From Dehalococcoidia bacterium (lineage in GTDB: Bacteria; Chloroflexota; Dehalococcoidia; Lucifugimonadales; Lucifugimonadaceae): DNA of 64,000 nt. The notes under the pieces were generated by a model, which did no database searches, had not been told where the DNA came from, and saw only the letters and a program-made list of their open reading frames with translations. The stretch lies in contig JAPKCH010000003.1 in assembly GCA_026421185.1 (NCBI GenBank), forward strand, positions 12,375 to 76,374. Reading direction: 5' to 3'. Below are positions 1 to 9,679 of this stretch, piece after piece. The stretch's first letter is position 1; every line of letters begins with the position of its first letter. The position numbers and the translations under genes were made by a program.

Positions 1-58
1 AACATACCATGTGAGCTGAGATGAAGTTTTCAAGCGGAATAAGGGTAACCGAGAGTGG

Positions 59-685
59 TTACTTCACGACGATATCACCAACTATATTCTGTATAGATTC
101 GGCACTAATTGCACCTGTGCGCAAGAGGATGATCTTTTTATCCTCGTATGCAACCACAGTGCTTGGGGCTGTACTGTTGCCGCACTCTGAATCTAAACAA
201 ACGGCGATAAGTCCCCCGAAAATTTGATCAATTTCGCTGGCATCCTTTATCGGATCATGTCCAGTTAAATTGCAGCTTGTTCCGGTAATAGGTACACCTG
301 ATCGTTGAATCAATTCTTTGGCAATGTTGTTGTCAGGAATTCGTAACCCAACTGTGCCCGATCCGGCAGAAACAACTGATGGAACTATCTCTGCAGCTGG
401 CAATACAACAGTCAGAGCACCTGGCCAAAATTCTTTAGCTAGTTTTTTTAGTGAACTAGGAAATTCACTGGCTAGATTACCGACCATATTTATATCGCTA
501 ATCAACAATGGGACCGGAGTGCCGGGATTACGACCTTTGGTGCGAAAAACAGCCTCGATAGCGCGTGGATTCAACCCGTTTGCTCCGAGGGCAAAGTAGG
601 TGTCGGTCGGGAACGCTACAAGCTCACCCCTGAGTATTGTCTCTACGGATTGGTTCAATCCTAATTCATCTGCTGAAACTAACAT
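59..685 (-). CDS. tsaC: L-threonylcarbamoyladenylate synthase (TsaC/Sua5/YrdC family)
   Basis: 208 aa; VAFPTDTYFALG, KGR, FWPGALT, VGLRIP, GTSCNLTG and PSTVV motifs of the YrdC domain. Confidence 0.93.
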   Translation of the reverse strand: MLVSADELGLNQSVETILRGELVAFPTDTYFALGANGLNPRAIEAVFRTKGRNPGTPVPLLISDINMVGNLASEFPSSLKKLAKEFWPGALTVVLPAAEIVPSVVSAGSGTVGLRIPDNNIAKELIQRSGVPITGTSCNLTGHDPIKDASEIDQIFGGLIAVCLDSECGNSTAPSTVVAYEDKKIILLRTGAISAESIQNIVGDIVVK

Positions 686-895
686 CCGATTATCTTAACG
701 ATCCCGAACACGTTGGTCTCTATATGGTTTGATGGAAATTATCCAACTTAACCGGTGACGCAACCGACGGGAAGGGGTAAATTTATCTTTCAGGCTTAAA
801 GGATTCAGTCGCACGGCGCGCCATCGCAACCGCGTGAGGTGTCCAATATGACATTTGGATAGCCTGTTTTGTTACAACGATCGGGGAACTATGCC

Positions 896-2563
896 ATGGC
901 CCAAAACCCAACTGATGATTCATCCCGACGAGTATCGACTTCAGACGATATCGAAGTAGGTACTTATCTCGAGATTGCTCAGGCCGACCGTACCACTGGC
1001 GGAAATCCGCCTATCGACGAACGGATGAAGACTATTGTCATCATCGACTTTGGATCTCAATACTCCCGTCTTATTGCTCGCCGAATCCGAGAAGCGAATA
1101 CATATTGTGAGATCGTTTCTCACGATGCAGGTAGAGAAATTCTTGATGAGCAGGATGTAATTGGTGTAATTCTCTCTGGTGGACCTAATAGTGTTTATGA
1201 AGACGACGCTCCGATGGCACCGACTTGGGTTTACGAAGCCGGCGTGCCTGTTCTCGGCATATGTTACGGAATGCAGCTAATTGCTCATCAACTTGGCGGT
1301 AAAGTCGAGCGTGGTATCGAGCGTGAGTACGGGCATGCTGTTGTTCACAAAGATGGCCAAGACAACATATTATTCGACGGACTCGACAATGAAGTTCCAG
1401 TATGGATGAGCCATGGTGATCGAATTGAGCAGTTACCACCTGGGTTTCGTTCGATGGCATATACAGAGAACTCTCCCCTCGCAGTGATGGGTAACGAGGA
1501 AGGTACGTACTTCGGAATTCAATTTCATCCCGAAGTTGCCCACACTCCTCAAGGCGCAGAAATTCTGCGTAATTTTTTATTTGGAGTATGTAAAGCTGCC
1601 GGTGACTGGACGCCTAAGAACTTCGTTTCAGATGCCATCGAGCGCATCAAAGAGCGCGTTGGCGACGGTAAGGTAATATGCGCTCTTTCTGGTGGAGTCG
1701 ATTCCACTGTTGCTGCAGCACTGATTCACCGAGCGATTGGTGATCGATTGACCTGTATCTTCGTCGATAACGGTCTTATGCGAAAAGGCGAGGCCGACCG
1801 AGTTCAGAACGTATTTGCAAGTCAGCTCGGTGTGAACCTAATATTCGTAGACGCCACAGAACGATTCTTGAACGCACTCAAGGGTGTGACTGATCCGGAG
1901 GTAAAACGTAAATCTATCGGTGCCGAGTTCATCAAAATTTTCGAAGAAGCTGCTATTGAGATTGGCGAAGTCGATTATCTGGCGCAGGGCACGCTATACC
2001 CAGACGTTATCGAAAGCACTAGTGCCGATTCGACGGCCAGTCACAAGATCAAGACTCACCATAATGTTGGTGGACTCCCAGAACACATGGATTTGAAGCT
2101 GGTTGAACCACTTCGATACATGTTCAAAGATGAAGTTCGAAAAGCTGGTGCTGAACTAGGATTGACTCCTCAGAGCGTCAACCGTCAGCCCTTTCCTGGT
2201 CCTGGTCTAGCGATTCGAATCATGGGTGAAGTCACCTTCGAAAAGCTTGAAATACTTCGTGAAGTCGACTGGATCGTAATCGACGAGATTAAGAACGACG
2301 GCTTGTATGACAGCCTCTGGCAGTCATTCGCTGTACTTACCAACACTCGGACAGTGGGGGTCATGGGCGACCAGCGAACGTACCAGTACGTCACCGCTAT
2401 TCGAGCTGTTACTAGTGCTGACGCTATGACAGCGGACTGGGCTCGCTTGCCTTACGACACACTGGCTAGGATCTCCAGCCGGATCGTCAACGAAGTTGAT
2501 GAAGTTAACCGAGTAGTGCTCGACATCACAAGCAAACCACCAGGAACTATTGAGTGGGAGTAA
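896..2563 (+). CDS. guaA: GMP synthase (glutamine-hydrolysing), with N-terminal extension
   Basis: IIDFGSQY, LSGGPNS, GICYGMQ, QFHPEV, SGGVDS, IKTHHNVGG, PFPGPGL, SKPPGTIEWE; ATG at 896 follows GGGGA (the ORF track starts at TTG 869). Confidence 0.97.
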   Translation: MAQNPTDDSSRRVSTSDDIEVGTYLEIAQADRTTGGNPPIDERMKTIVIIDFGSQYSRLIARRIREANTYCEIVSHDAGREILDEQDVIGVILSGGPNSVYEDDAPMAPTWVYEAGVPVLGICYGMQLIAHQLGGKVERGIEREYGHAVVHKDGQDNILFDGLDNEVPVWMSHGDRIEQLPPGFRSMAYTENSPLAVMGNEEGTYFGIQFHPEVAHTPQGAEILRNFLFGVCKAAGDWTPKNFVSDAIERIKERVGDGKVICALSGGVDSTVAAALIHRAIGDRLTCIFVDNGLMRKGEADRVQNVFASQLGVNLIFVDATERFLNALKGVTDPEVKRKSIGAEFIKIFEEAAIEIGEVDYLAQGTLYPDVIESTSADSTASHKIKTHHNVGGLPEHMDLKLVEPLRYMFKDEVRKAGAELGLTPQSVNRQPFPGPGLAIRIMGEVTFEKLEILREVDWIVIDEIKNDGLYDSLWQSFAVLTNTRTVGVMGDQRTYQYVTAIRAVTSADAMTADWARLPYDTLARISSRIVNEVDEVNRVVLDITSKPPGTIEWE

Positions 2564-2614
2564 TTCCACTATAGGATTCGGTTGAGCGTACATTGAATTT
2601 TGATTGAGGTTTAG

Positions 2615-3886
2615 TTGAAAGTTCTATTGGTTGGTTCAGGTGGGCGTGAACACGCTATGGCGTGGAAGCTCGCCAAAAGTCCGAAGTTGTCCGAACTATT
2701 CATTGCGCCCGGCAATGCTGGAACAGCTGAAGTCGGAACCAATGTGAATATCGGCGTCGATGATCACGACGACCTGATTGCATATGCCAGTGAAGAGAAG
2801 ATAGAACTTGTAGTTGTCGCTCCTGATCAACCTATTGTTGATGGGCTTTGCGATCGTCTCAGGAGCGCAGGAATAACAACATTCGGACCGTCAGCAGCAG
2901 CGGCGCGAATCGAAGGTTCGAAAATCTGGTCTGACGACTTAATGACCAAATATGGAATTCCTACAGCTGAATCTGAGGCTTTCACTAGTTCTGGCTCTGC
3001 TATGGAATACGGTCGGTCAAAGCCTGAAGGATCACTTGTCGTAAAGGCCGACGGTCTTGCGGCAGGTAAAGGTGTGATTCTTCCCGACACTTACGCTGAT
3101 CTTGATTCAGCGATCACTGGGATGCTCGACGATGCAGTATTCGGTGAATCCTCATCAAGTATCTTGCTAGCCGAACGCATGTCGGGTCCAGAAGTGAGCG
3201 TCTTTGCGTTCGTCGACGGCGAACACGTATCAGCAGAAATTCCTTCGTGTGATTACAAACGTATCGGTGAAGGCGATGTTGGATTAAACACCGGCGGCAT
3301 GGGAGCGTACGGTCCGCCGGAATTCTGGACTGCCGAACTGGCTGCCAAAGTGCGTAGGGAAATACTCGAACCCGCCGCCACCGCTCTTGTCAAAGAAAAT
3401 AGTTCATTCTCTGGAGTGATATACGCCGGTCTAATGATCACTGAATCTGGACCACGAGTGATCGAATTCAACTGTCGTTTTGGCGATCCTGAAGCTCAAA
3501 TCCTTATGCCTATGCTTGAATCCGACATGCTTGAAATTTGTCTAGCCGTCGCTGAAAACAGGCTTGATAACGAAACTGTGCAATGGTCCAGTGACCCGCA
3601 CACGTTCGTAGTGGCGGTTTCCGATGGCTATCCAGGTTCGTATCCTACTGGCGTCGAAATCGAGGGGATATGTGCTGCCGCAGACCACGGTGTTGTATTC
3701 CACGCTGGGACAAAACGTTATGAAAACGGTGTGCTTATTACCTCTGGTGGACGAGTCTTAGGCGTTGTGGGAACTGGAAAAACTATTCAGGAGTCACGAA
3801 AAACTGCCTACGCTGGTATTGATGAGATCTCATTTGAAGGCATGCGTTTCCGAACCGACATAGCCGAACGTGCGATTCAAGACTAA
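2615..3886 (+). CDS. purD: phosphoribosylamine-glycine ligase
   Basis: GSGGREHA, APGNAG, KADGLAAGKGV, NTGGMGAY, EFNCRFGDPE, GGRVL; TTG start after GAGG. Confidence 0.97.
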   Translation: MKVLLVGSGGREHAMAWKLAKSPKLSELFIAPGNAGTAEVGTNVNIGVDDHDDLIAYASEEKIELVVVAPDQPIVDGLCDRLRSAGITTFGPSAAAARIEGSKIWSDDLMTKYGIPTAESEAFTSSGSAMEYGRSKPEGSLVVKADGLAAGKGVILPDTYADLDSAITGMLDDAVFGESSSSILLAERMSGPEVSVFAFVDGEHVSAEIPSCDYKRIGEGDVGLNTGGMGAYGPPEFWTAELAAKVRREILEPAATALVKENSSFSGVIYAGLMITESGPRVIEFNCRFGDPEAQILMPMLESDMLEICLAVAENRLDNETVQWSSDPHTFVVAVSDGYPGSYPTGVEIEGICAAADHGVVFHAGTKRYENGVLITSGGRVLGVVGTGKTIQESRKTAYAGIDEISFEGMRFRTDIAERAIQD

Positions 3887-3888
3887 TC

Positions 3889-4581
3889 GTGGCTACTATC
3901 AGCGTTGTATTCGACTTCGATGGGACACTAGTCACCTCATTCATTGGTGGGTTGCTGTTCCGTGGCTTCACACCAGAGGCCGAACTAAAAAAAGCTAGTA
4001 ACCGATTTAAAACCAACGTCACTTCACTTCGTGAATATCAAGAAGAAGTGTTTGATCTGGTGAGTGAATCAACCGCTGAGATGTCGAAAAGAGCCGTTGA
4101 AGGCGCTTCTATCCGATCACAGGCGCATGAAGTCTGTGAACATATATGGAACGTAGGTGGAAAAGTAGCTGTCGCTTCTGCTGGACTCGATTTTTATATT
4201 CAACCGGTGCTAGACAACTCCAAACTGGGACGCATTAACGTTCACAGCGGAAAAGTTATTTCGAACGTTACAGAACTCCCACCTTTTCGATACGATTACC
4301 CTTCGTCCGACGATCAATGCGAAGGAGATTGGATTACTTGCAAGTGCAAAGTGATCAACGATATGAAGAGTGAAGATGAGGAAATCGAAGTCGTGTTTGT
4401 CGGTGATGGCACAGGTCCAGACGAATGCGCTGCTAAAAATGCTGCCGACACAGTTTTCGCAAGAGGCCGGCTACTTTCTTATTGCATTGAAAACCAAATT
4501 CCAGCAATGGAGTTTGGTGAAGATTTTGGACCAGTACTTAGCTATGTCGTAAATAAGACGTCAGCCAATGGAGCTCAATAG
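3889..4581 (+). CDS. HAD-superfamily phosphatase (MtnX-like, subfamily IB)
   Basis: FDFDGT motif I, VASAG motif II, Cys-rich CxxxxxxCKC segment, VGDGxxD motif IV. Confidence 0.75.
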   Translation: MATISVVFDFDGTLVTSFIGGLLFRGFTPEAELKKASNRFKTNVTSLREYQEEVFDLVSESTAEMSKRAVEGASIRSQAHEVCEHIWNVGGKVAVASAGLDFYIQPVLDNSKLGRINVHSGKVISNVTELPPFRYDYPSSDDQCEGDWITCKCKVINDMKSEDEEIEVVFVGDGTGPDECAAKNAADTVFARGRLLSYCIENQIPAMEFGEDFGPVLSYVVNKTSANGAQ

Positions 4582-4585
4582 AACA

Positions 4586-5902
4586 GTGATCCCACGATAT
4601 TCTCGACCCGAAATGAACGCTATATGGTCGGAAGACAATGCTTTCGAGCTTTGGCTTCAGGTAGAAATTGCAGCGTCTCAAGCATGGACTGATGAAGGCG
4701 TCGTTCCTGAAGAGGATATGGCAAAGATTCGCGGCGCCAAGTTCAGCCGTGCTGCCTATGATCGTTGGTTTGACGAGACCAAACACGACATCGTTTCGTT
4801 CACACGAGCGGTCGGTGAAAGCCTTGGACCAGAAAGTCGGTGGGTCCACCACGGTCTCACTTCGAACGATGTAAAAGACACGGCCCTAAGCATGCAGTTA
4901 ACGCAGTCATGCGACTTGCTCGAACGAGGCCTTGTAGAACTACTCAATGCGCTTCGTGTACGTGCGATTGAACACAAGGACACACCTTGTATCGGTCGAT
5001 CTCATGGAATTCATGCTGAACCTATGAGCTTTGGTATGAAGCTCGCATTATGGTTCGCTGAAATGAATCGTAATCGAGATCGTCTTGTTGCCGCTCGCAA
5101 GCGCGTTGCGGTCGGCATGCTTTCAGGGCCTGTCGGGACATTTGCATCGGTTCCGCCCGTTATCGAAGAGTCAGTGTGTGCTCAACTCAATCTCTCCCCT
5201 GCTGAAATATCGAATCAGGTGATTCAACGAGATAGGCACGCCGAATACGTTCAAGTGTTGGCGCTCATTGCAGCAACGCTCGACAAGATGGCGACCGAAA
5301 TTAGAGGGTTACAACGCACCGAAGTACGGGAAGTCGAAGAACCGTTTGGAAAACCCGGCTATGTAACTAAGGGATCGTCGTCGATGCCACACAAGCGCAA
5401 TCCTGAGCTCTCAGAGCGTATTTGCGGGCTTGCACGCCTTATTCGCGGACACTCGGTTACTGCTCTCGAAAACGTTGCTCTGTGGCATGAACGTGATATT
5501 TCACATTCATCCGCCGAAAGAATGATTCTTCCAGACGCCTCTCTAGGTCTCGACTACATCATGTCTCTGATGACCGGAATCATTAAAGACATGGTCGTGC
5601 ACGAAGATCGCATGATGCAGAACCTCGAATCAACCCGAGGTCTAGTCTTCTCACCTCGAGTGATGTTATTGCTCGTTGAGCACGGCCTTGATCGAGACGA
5701 CGCGTACGACGCTGTTCAGAGAAACTCGATGAAATCATGGGATGAAGAAATCGATTTCCGAGAATTAGTCAAATCTGATCCCATTGTTTCGGCCAAAGTC
5801 TCTGCAGAAGCTCTAGAAGATTTGTTCGATTACAATTTCTATCTTGGACACGTCGATCACATTTACCGACGAGTAGGAATCTCAGAGGTAGTAATTGACT
5901 GA
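4586..5902 (+). CDS. purB: adenylosuccinate lyase
   Basis: MIPRYSRPEM N-terminus from GTG 4586; HHGLTSND, GRSHGIHAEP, GSSSMPHKRNP signature, WHERDISHSSAER. Confidence 0.97.
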   Translation: MIPRYSRPEMNAIWSEDNAFELWLQVEIAASQAWTDEGVVPEEDMAKIRGAKFSRAAYDRWFDETKHDIVSFTRAVGESLGPESRWVHHGLTSNDVKDTALSMQLTQSCDLLERGLVELLNALRVRAIEHKDTPCIGRSHGIHAEPMSFGMKLALWFAEMNRNRDRLVAARKRVAVGMLSGPVGTFASVPPVIEESVCAQLNLSPAEISNQVIQRDRHAEYVQVLALIAATLDKMATEIRGLQRTEVREVEEPFGKPGYVTKGSSSMPHKRNPELSERICGLARLIRGHSVTALENVALWHERDISHSSAERMILPDASLGLDYIMSLMTGIIKDMVVHEDRMMQNLESTRGLVFSPRVMLLLVEHGLDRDDAYDAVQRNSMKSWDEEIDFRELVKSDPIVSAKVSAEALEDLFDYNFYLGHVDHIYRRVGISEVVID

Positions 5903-6806
5903 AGCTGTCTTCGAAACAAACCTACCCGGCCTGCTCTATCGAGGCAAAGTTCGAGATACATATGACCTCGGAGATGACCGTCTTCTGATGGTAGCGTCAG
6001 ATCGTATTTCTGCTTTCGACGTGATTATGGATCGGCCTATTCCCGGTAAAGGCGTCATTCTCACTCAGATGTCATCGTTCTGGTTCGACGTAATTGATGC
6101 TGTTATGCCCAACCACGTTATTGCTACCGCAGATGACGAAGTCGCAATGGCAAACGTTGACCGTAACGGCGCTCTCGTAAATCTGCCTCCTGAACTTGCT
6201 CGTAGGTCAATGGTGATAAAGAAAGCCGAACGATTAGATATTGAATGTGTTGTGCGGAATTACATCGCAGGATCGGCTTGGGCTGAATATGAAGAATCTA
6301 GAACTATGAACGGAGAACCACTTCCTGCTGGTATGAAAGCAGCGGAAAGGTTCTCGGAGCCGATATTCACGCCGTCAACGAAAGCTGAATCTGGACACGA
6401 TATGCCTCTGACTCCGAAGGATGCTAAGGATCTTGTCGGTGTAGAAATGCACCAAATCCTAGAAGAGAAAAGCATAGAGGTATTTCAGGTAGCTCACGAT
6501 TATGCGGCTGAACGTGGCATGATCCTGGTTGATACGAAATTCGAGTTTGGCTTTGTTGATGGGGAACTAACGATCATTGATGAGGTCCTTACACCCGATT
6601 CGAGTCGATACTGGGATGTAAATGATTGGACACCGGGAAATTTCCCTCCAGCATTTGACAAACAATTTTTACGAGCATGGCTTCTTGATACCGATTGGAA
6701 TCGAGAACCGCCTGGTCCTGTACTGCCCGATTCAATTGTTGAGCAGACTCAAGAGAGATATCTAGAGTCTTATCGGCGACTCTCAGGCAAGTCACTGGTA
6801 TTGTAG
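5895..6806 (+). CDS. purC: phosphoribosylaminoimidazole-succinocarboxamide (SAICAR) synthase
   Basis: RGKVRDTY, SDRISAFD, FTPSTKA, DTKFEFG, DEVLTPDSSRYW, FDKQFLR. Confidence 0.96.
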   Translation: MTEAVFETNLPGLLYRGKVRDTYDLGDDRLLMVASDRISAFDVIMDRPIPGKGVILTQMSSFWFDVIDAVMPNHVIATADDEVAMANVDRNGALVNLPPELARRSMVIKKAERLDIECVVRNYIAGSAWAEYEESRTMNGEPLPAGMKAAERFSEPIFTPSTKAESGHDMPLTPKDAKDLVGVEMHQILEEKSIEVFQVAHDYAAERGMILVDTKFEFGFVDGELTIIDEVLTPDSSRYWDVNDWTPGNFPPAFDKQFLRAWLLDTDWNREPPGPVLPDSIVEQTQERYLESYRRLSGKSLVL

Positions 6807-6856
6807 ATATCTCTTGAAATTACTGACACATATTTTTGTGTGACAAATGGAATCGT

Positions 6857-7537
6857 ATGGCAGACATAAAGCGCAAAGCAACCACCCGTCCTGAAAGCCG
6901 CCGAGGCATGACAAAAGGACAAATTCGAGAAGAACGGCGAGAACGAAGCCGCACACGTCAGCGTCGAAAACGATCGCTGCTAATGTTCGGCGGAATTCTT
7001 TTCGCCATCGTATTTATAGCGGCACTTGTCGTATCGCCCAACCTGTCTCCACAGAGCACTGGTAGTAGAGGAGTTAATACCGAAGGTCATATAGCGCTCG
7101 ACGTAGATGATGGTCGAGGACACATCGATGGGAATACACCGTACGCTGAAGTGTACTCAGTAGTTCCTGCAACATCTGGTCCGCACTGGGCCGGTGCAAC
7201 AACTCCGATGGGTCTACCATCTCCTGCTCGTTGGGGACAATATGACGGTGTTCTTCCAGACGAAATTCTTATCCACAACCTCGAACACGGTGGAATTGGT
7301 TTCCACTACGACTGTGAAGAAGAATGCCCTGAAATCGTGAAGGCACTCGACGATCTTCTTCCTCGAAACCCGTCTCAGTACATCATGTCTCCATACCTAG
7401 GTCTGCCTAGCAAGGTTGCGATTACCGCTTGGCGTCACCACCTGTACCTAGATGAAGTAGATATCGATCAGATCCTCGAATTTATCGAGGAGTACCAAGA
7501 TCGAGCTCCTGAAAGCCTGATACAGAACCAGTACTAG
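6857..7537 (+). CDS. membrane-anchored DUF3105-family protein
   Basis: Basic N-terminus, one TM helix, PATSGPHW, HNLEHGGI and ITAW motifs; ATG at 6857 preferred over 6836. Confidence 0.75.
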   Translation: MADIKRKATTRPESRRGMTKGQIREERRERSRTRQRRKRSLLMFGGILFAIVFIAALVVSPNLSPQSTGSRGVNTEGHIALDVDDGRGHIDGNTPYAEVYSVVPATSGPHWAGATTPMGLPSPARWGQYDGVLPDEILIHNLEHGGIGFHYDCEEECPEIVKALDDLLPRNPSQYIMSPYLGLPSKVAITAWRHHLYLDEVDIDQILEFIEEYQDRAPESLIQNQY

Positions 7538-7603
7538 GTTTCAATTAGATGTCTAGGTCTGAAATAGCCTTGTTAGCGCGTATATAACAACAGAAAGAAG
7601 CGA

Positions 7604-7852
7604 ATGTTTCTCGCAAAGATTCATGTAACGCTAAAACCAACGGTCAACGATCCTCAGGGTCTGACGATCGCGCGTGCTCTTGGTCGGCTTGATTTTGACT
7701 CAATCGAGTCGGTTCGAGCTGGAAAGTACTTTGAAGTGAAGATCAACGGTGACGATGAAACGTCAGTCGGCTCAGACGTAAAGACCATGTGCGAGAAACT
7801 ACTGGCTAATCTTGTTATAGAAACATACACATATGAACTGGAAGCCATTTAG
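7604..7852 (+). CDS. purS: phosphoribosylformylglycinamidine synthase subunit PurS
   Basis: 82 aa; VTLKPTVNDPQG, VRAGKYFE, MCEKLLAN.VIE.Y. Confidence 0.95.
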   Translation: MFLAKIHVTLKPTVNDPQGLTIARALGRLDFDSIESVRAGKYFEVKINGDDETSVGSDVKTMCEKLLANLVIETYTYELEAI

Positions 7853-7882
7853 GTATATCCAGTTCGTAAGGGCGCCGCAGAA

Positions 7883-8488
7883 CTAGTCGGTTAGCGTGCC
7901 TTTTGTGCTTGGGATTCCGTCTGGATTACGTTCGTCGATACGTGATGCATCACGAAGTGCCCGGGCGAACGCTTTGAATGATGACTCGATAACGTGGTGC
8001 TCGTTCTTCCCGGCCAGCACTCGTATGTGCAGACAGAATCGCCCTTCGACAGCCATCGCTTCAAAGAAGTGACGAGCCATGTCGGCAGGAAACTCACCGA
8101 TGTTGTTATCGCTTCCCATGTTGATCACAGCGTAACCACGACCCGATAGGTCTAGAACAGCGTGTGTTAATGCTTCGTCGAGCGAACAAGTTCGATCTGC
8201 CATTCGCACGATGCCTTTACGGTCACCTAGTGCTTGATCTATTGCCCTACCTAGTACGATCGCAGTATCTTCAACGGTGTGGTGTGATCCAGTTTCGAGG
8301 TCGCCATTTGCTTCCACTTTTAGGTCAATCATTCCGTGACGAGCAACCTGATTAAGCATGTGCTTGAGGAAACCGATTGGTGTATCGACTTCAACTTTAC
8401 CTGTTCCATCGAGGTTGACGGTAACGGCTATTCTGCTTTCGCCGGTCTCGCGGACAATAGTTGCAACGCGAGCTTCTTTTTCGGACAT
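7883..8488 (-). CDS. hisB: imidazoleglycerol-phosphate dehydratase
   Basis: RETGES, IGFLKHML, HHTVED, LDEAL, DLSGR, NEHHVIES, PSTKGTL. Confidence 0.96.
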   Translation of the reverse strand: MSEKEARVATIVRETGESRIAVTVNLDGTGKVEVDTPIGFLKHMLNQVARHGMIDLKVEANGDLETGSHHTVEDTAIVLGRAIDQALGDRKGIVRMADRTCSLDEALTHAVLDLSGRGYAVINMGSDNNIGEFPADMARHFFEAMAVEGRFCLHIRVLAGKNEHHVIESSFKAFARALRDASRIDERNPDGIPSTKGTLTD

Positions 8489-8569
8489 ACCTGTGCCTTT
8501 TATCTGACAAATGTGCGCCGTATACGATTATTAAAGCGCTGATTATGATGCTAACGGGGGCGGTACGAA

Positions 8570-9652
8570 CTAAACAACGCTTCTGAGTGCGTCGATTAGC
8601 CGGTCTGTCTGCTCTGGAGTTCCGGCACTGATCCTCAAGGAGTTGTCTAGGGCACTCTGAGGGAACCGCCGAACGAAGATTCCATGCTCGGCGAGCCCAA
8701 CGTAAGCTTCTTCGGCTGTACGTCGATCAAATCTGCACAAAAGAAAATTACCTTCGGATGGATAATACGAAATTCCGTCAAGATTATCGATGACTTCTTC
8801 GACACGCTTGCGCTGTTCAACGAGACTATGCGCTCGTTTCAGCAAATCATCTTTGTGTTCCAGAGCCGCCAATACAGCCGTTTCACCGGCGATATTTATG
8901 TTGTACGGCTGTTTGATATCCATCAAGTGCTGAACCAAGTTCACCGAAGCCATTGCATAGCCAACCCTAAGACCGGCTAAGCCGGCCCATTTGCTGAACG
9001 ATCGCAAAACCACAAGGTTTTCGTACTCATCAAGCAAGTGGCTCAGCGTGTTTCTGGAAAATTCGTAATACGTCTCATCAACGCAAACTACAATTCCGGT
9101 TTCGAGCAACGCACGGGCATCTGACTCGGTCAGTAGATTGCCGGTTGGATTATTCGGAGATGCAAGAAATACGATTCGAGCGGAATCATCGATTTCTTCC
9201 AACATTGTCGTAATGTCGATATCCCAAGTCGAATTACGAGGTACCGACACAATTTTGGCGTCGACTTGTCGTGCCGAGAATGCGTACATGCCGAAGGTCG
9301 GCTGACAATCAAGAACTTTTTGACCCGGTGCGACAAATAATCTGATTAATAGATCGATAATTTCGTCGCCACCCGCACCCGCGATGATTCGATCAGGCGG
9401 TTGCCCGGTGTAGTCACTCAACGCTGCTCTCAGTTTTCTTTGTTGAGAGTCTGGGTATAGATGAATATCTAGACCTGTAATCGATTCGGCCACTTTGTCT
9501 AAGGCTCCGTACGGATTTTCGTTAGCGTTTAGCCGTATAACGTCTTCAGGCTTTATTCCTGCTTTACGAGCAAGTTCTGCTGAAGGATCGACACCGTGGT
9601 AGGTTGCGATTTTGGCCATGTGCGGCCGCATGAGTTTTTCGAGTTGTGACAT
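8570..9652 (-). CDS. hisC: histidinol-phosphate aminotransferase
   Basis: LNANENPY, SPNNPTGN, DETYYEF, RSFSKWAGLAGLRVGY (PLP lysine); his operon context. Confidence 0.95.
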   Translation of the reverse strand: MSQLEKLMRPHMAKIATYHGVDPSAELARKAGIKPEDVIRLNANENPYGALDKVAESITGLDIHLYPDSQQRKLRAALSDYTGQPPDRIIAGAGGDEIIDLLIRLFVAPGQKVLDCQPTFGMYAFSARQVDAKIVSVPRNSTWDIDITTMLEEIDDSARIVFLASPNNPTGNLLTESDARALLETGIVVCVDETYYEFSRNTLSHLLDEYENLVVLRSFSKWAGLAGLRVGYAMASVNLVQHLMDIKQPYNINIAGETAVLAALEHKDDLLKRAHSLVEQRKRVEEVIDNLDGISYYPSEGNFLLCRFDRRTAEEAYVGLAEHGIFVRRFPQSALDNSLRISAGTPEQTDRLIDALRSVV

Positions 9653-9679
9653 GTTGGTGAATTTTGGTGGATTAGTCGA

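Noticed and set aside
686..895. Purine or ZTP riboswitch upstream of guaA
   Set aside because: Only short hairpins; the consensus cores could not be matched by eye (an Rfam scan would settle it)
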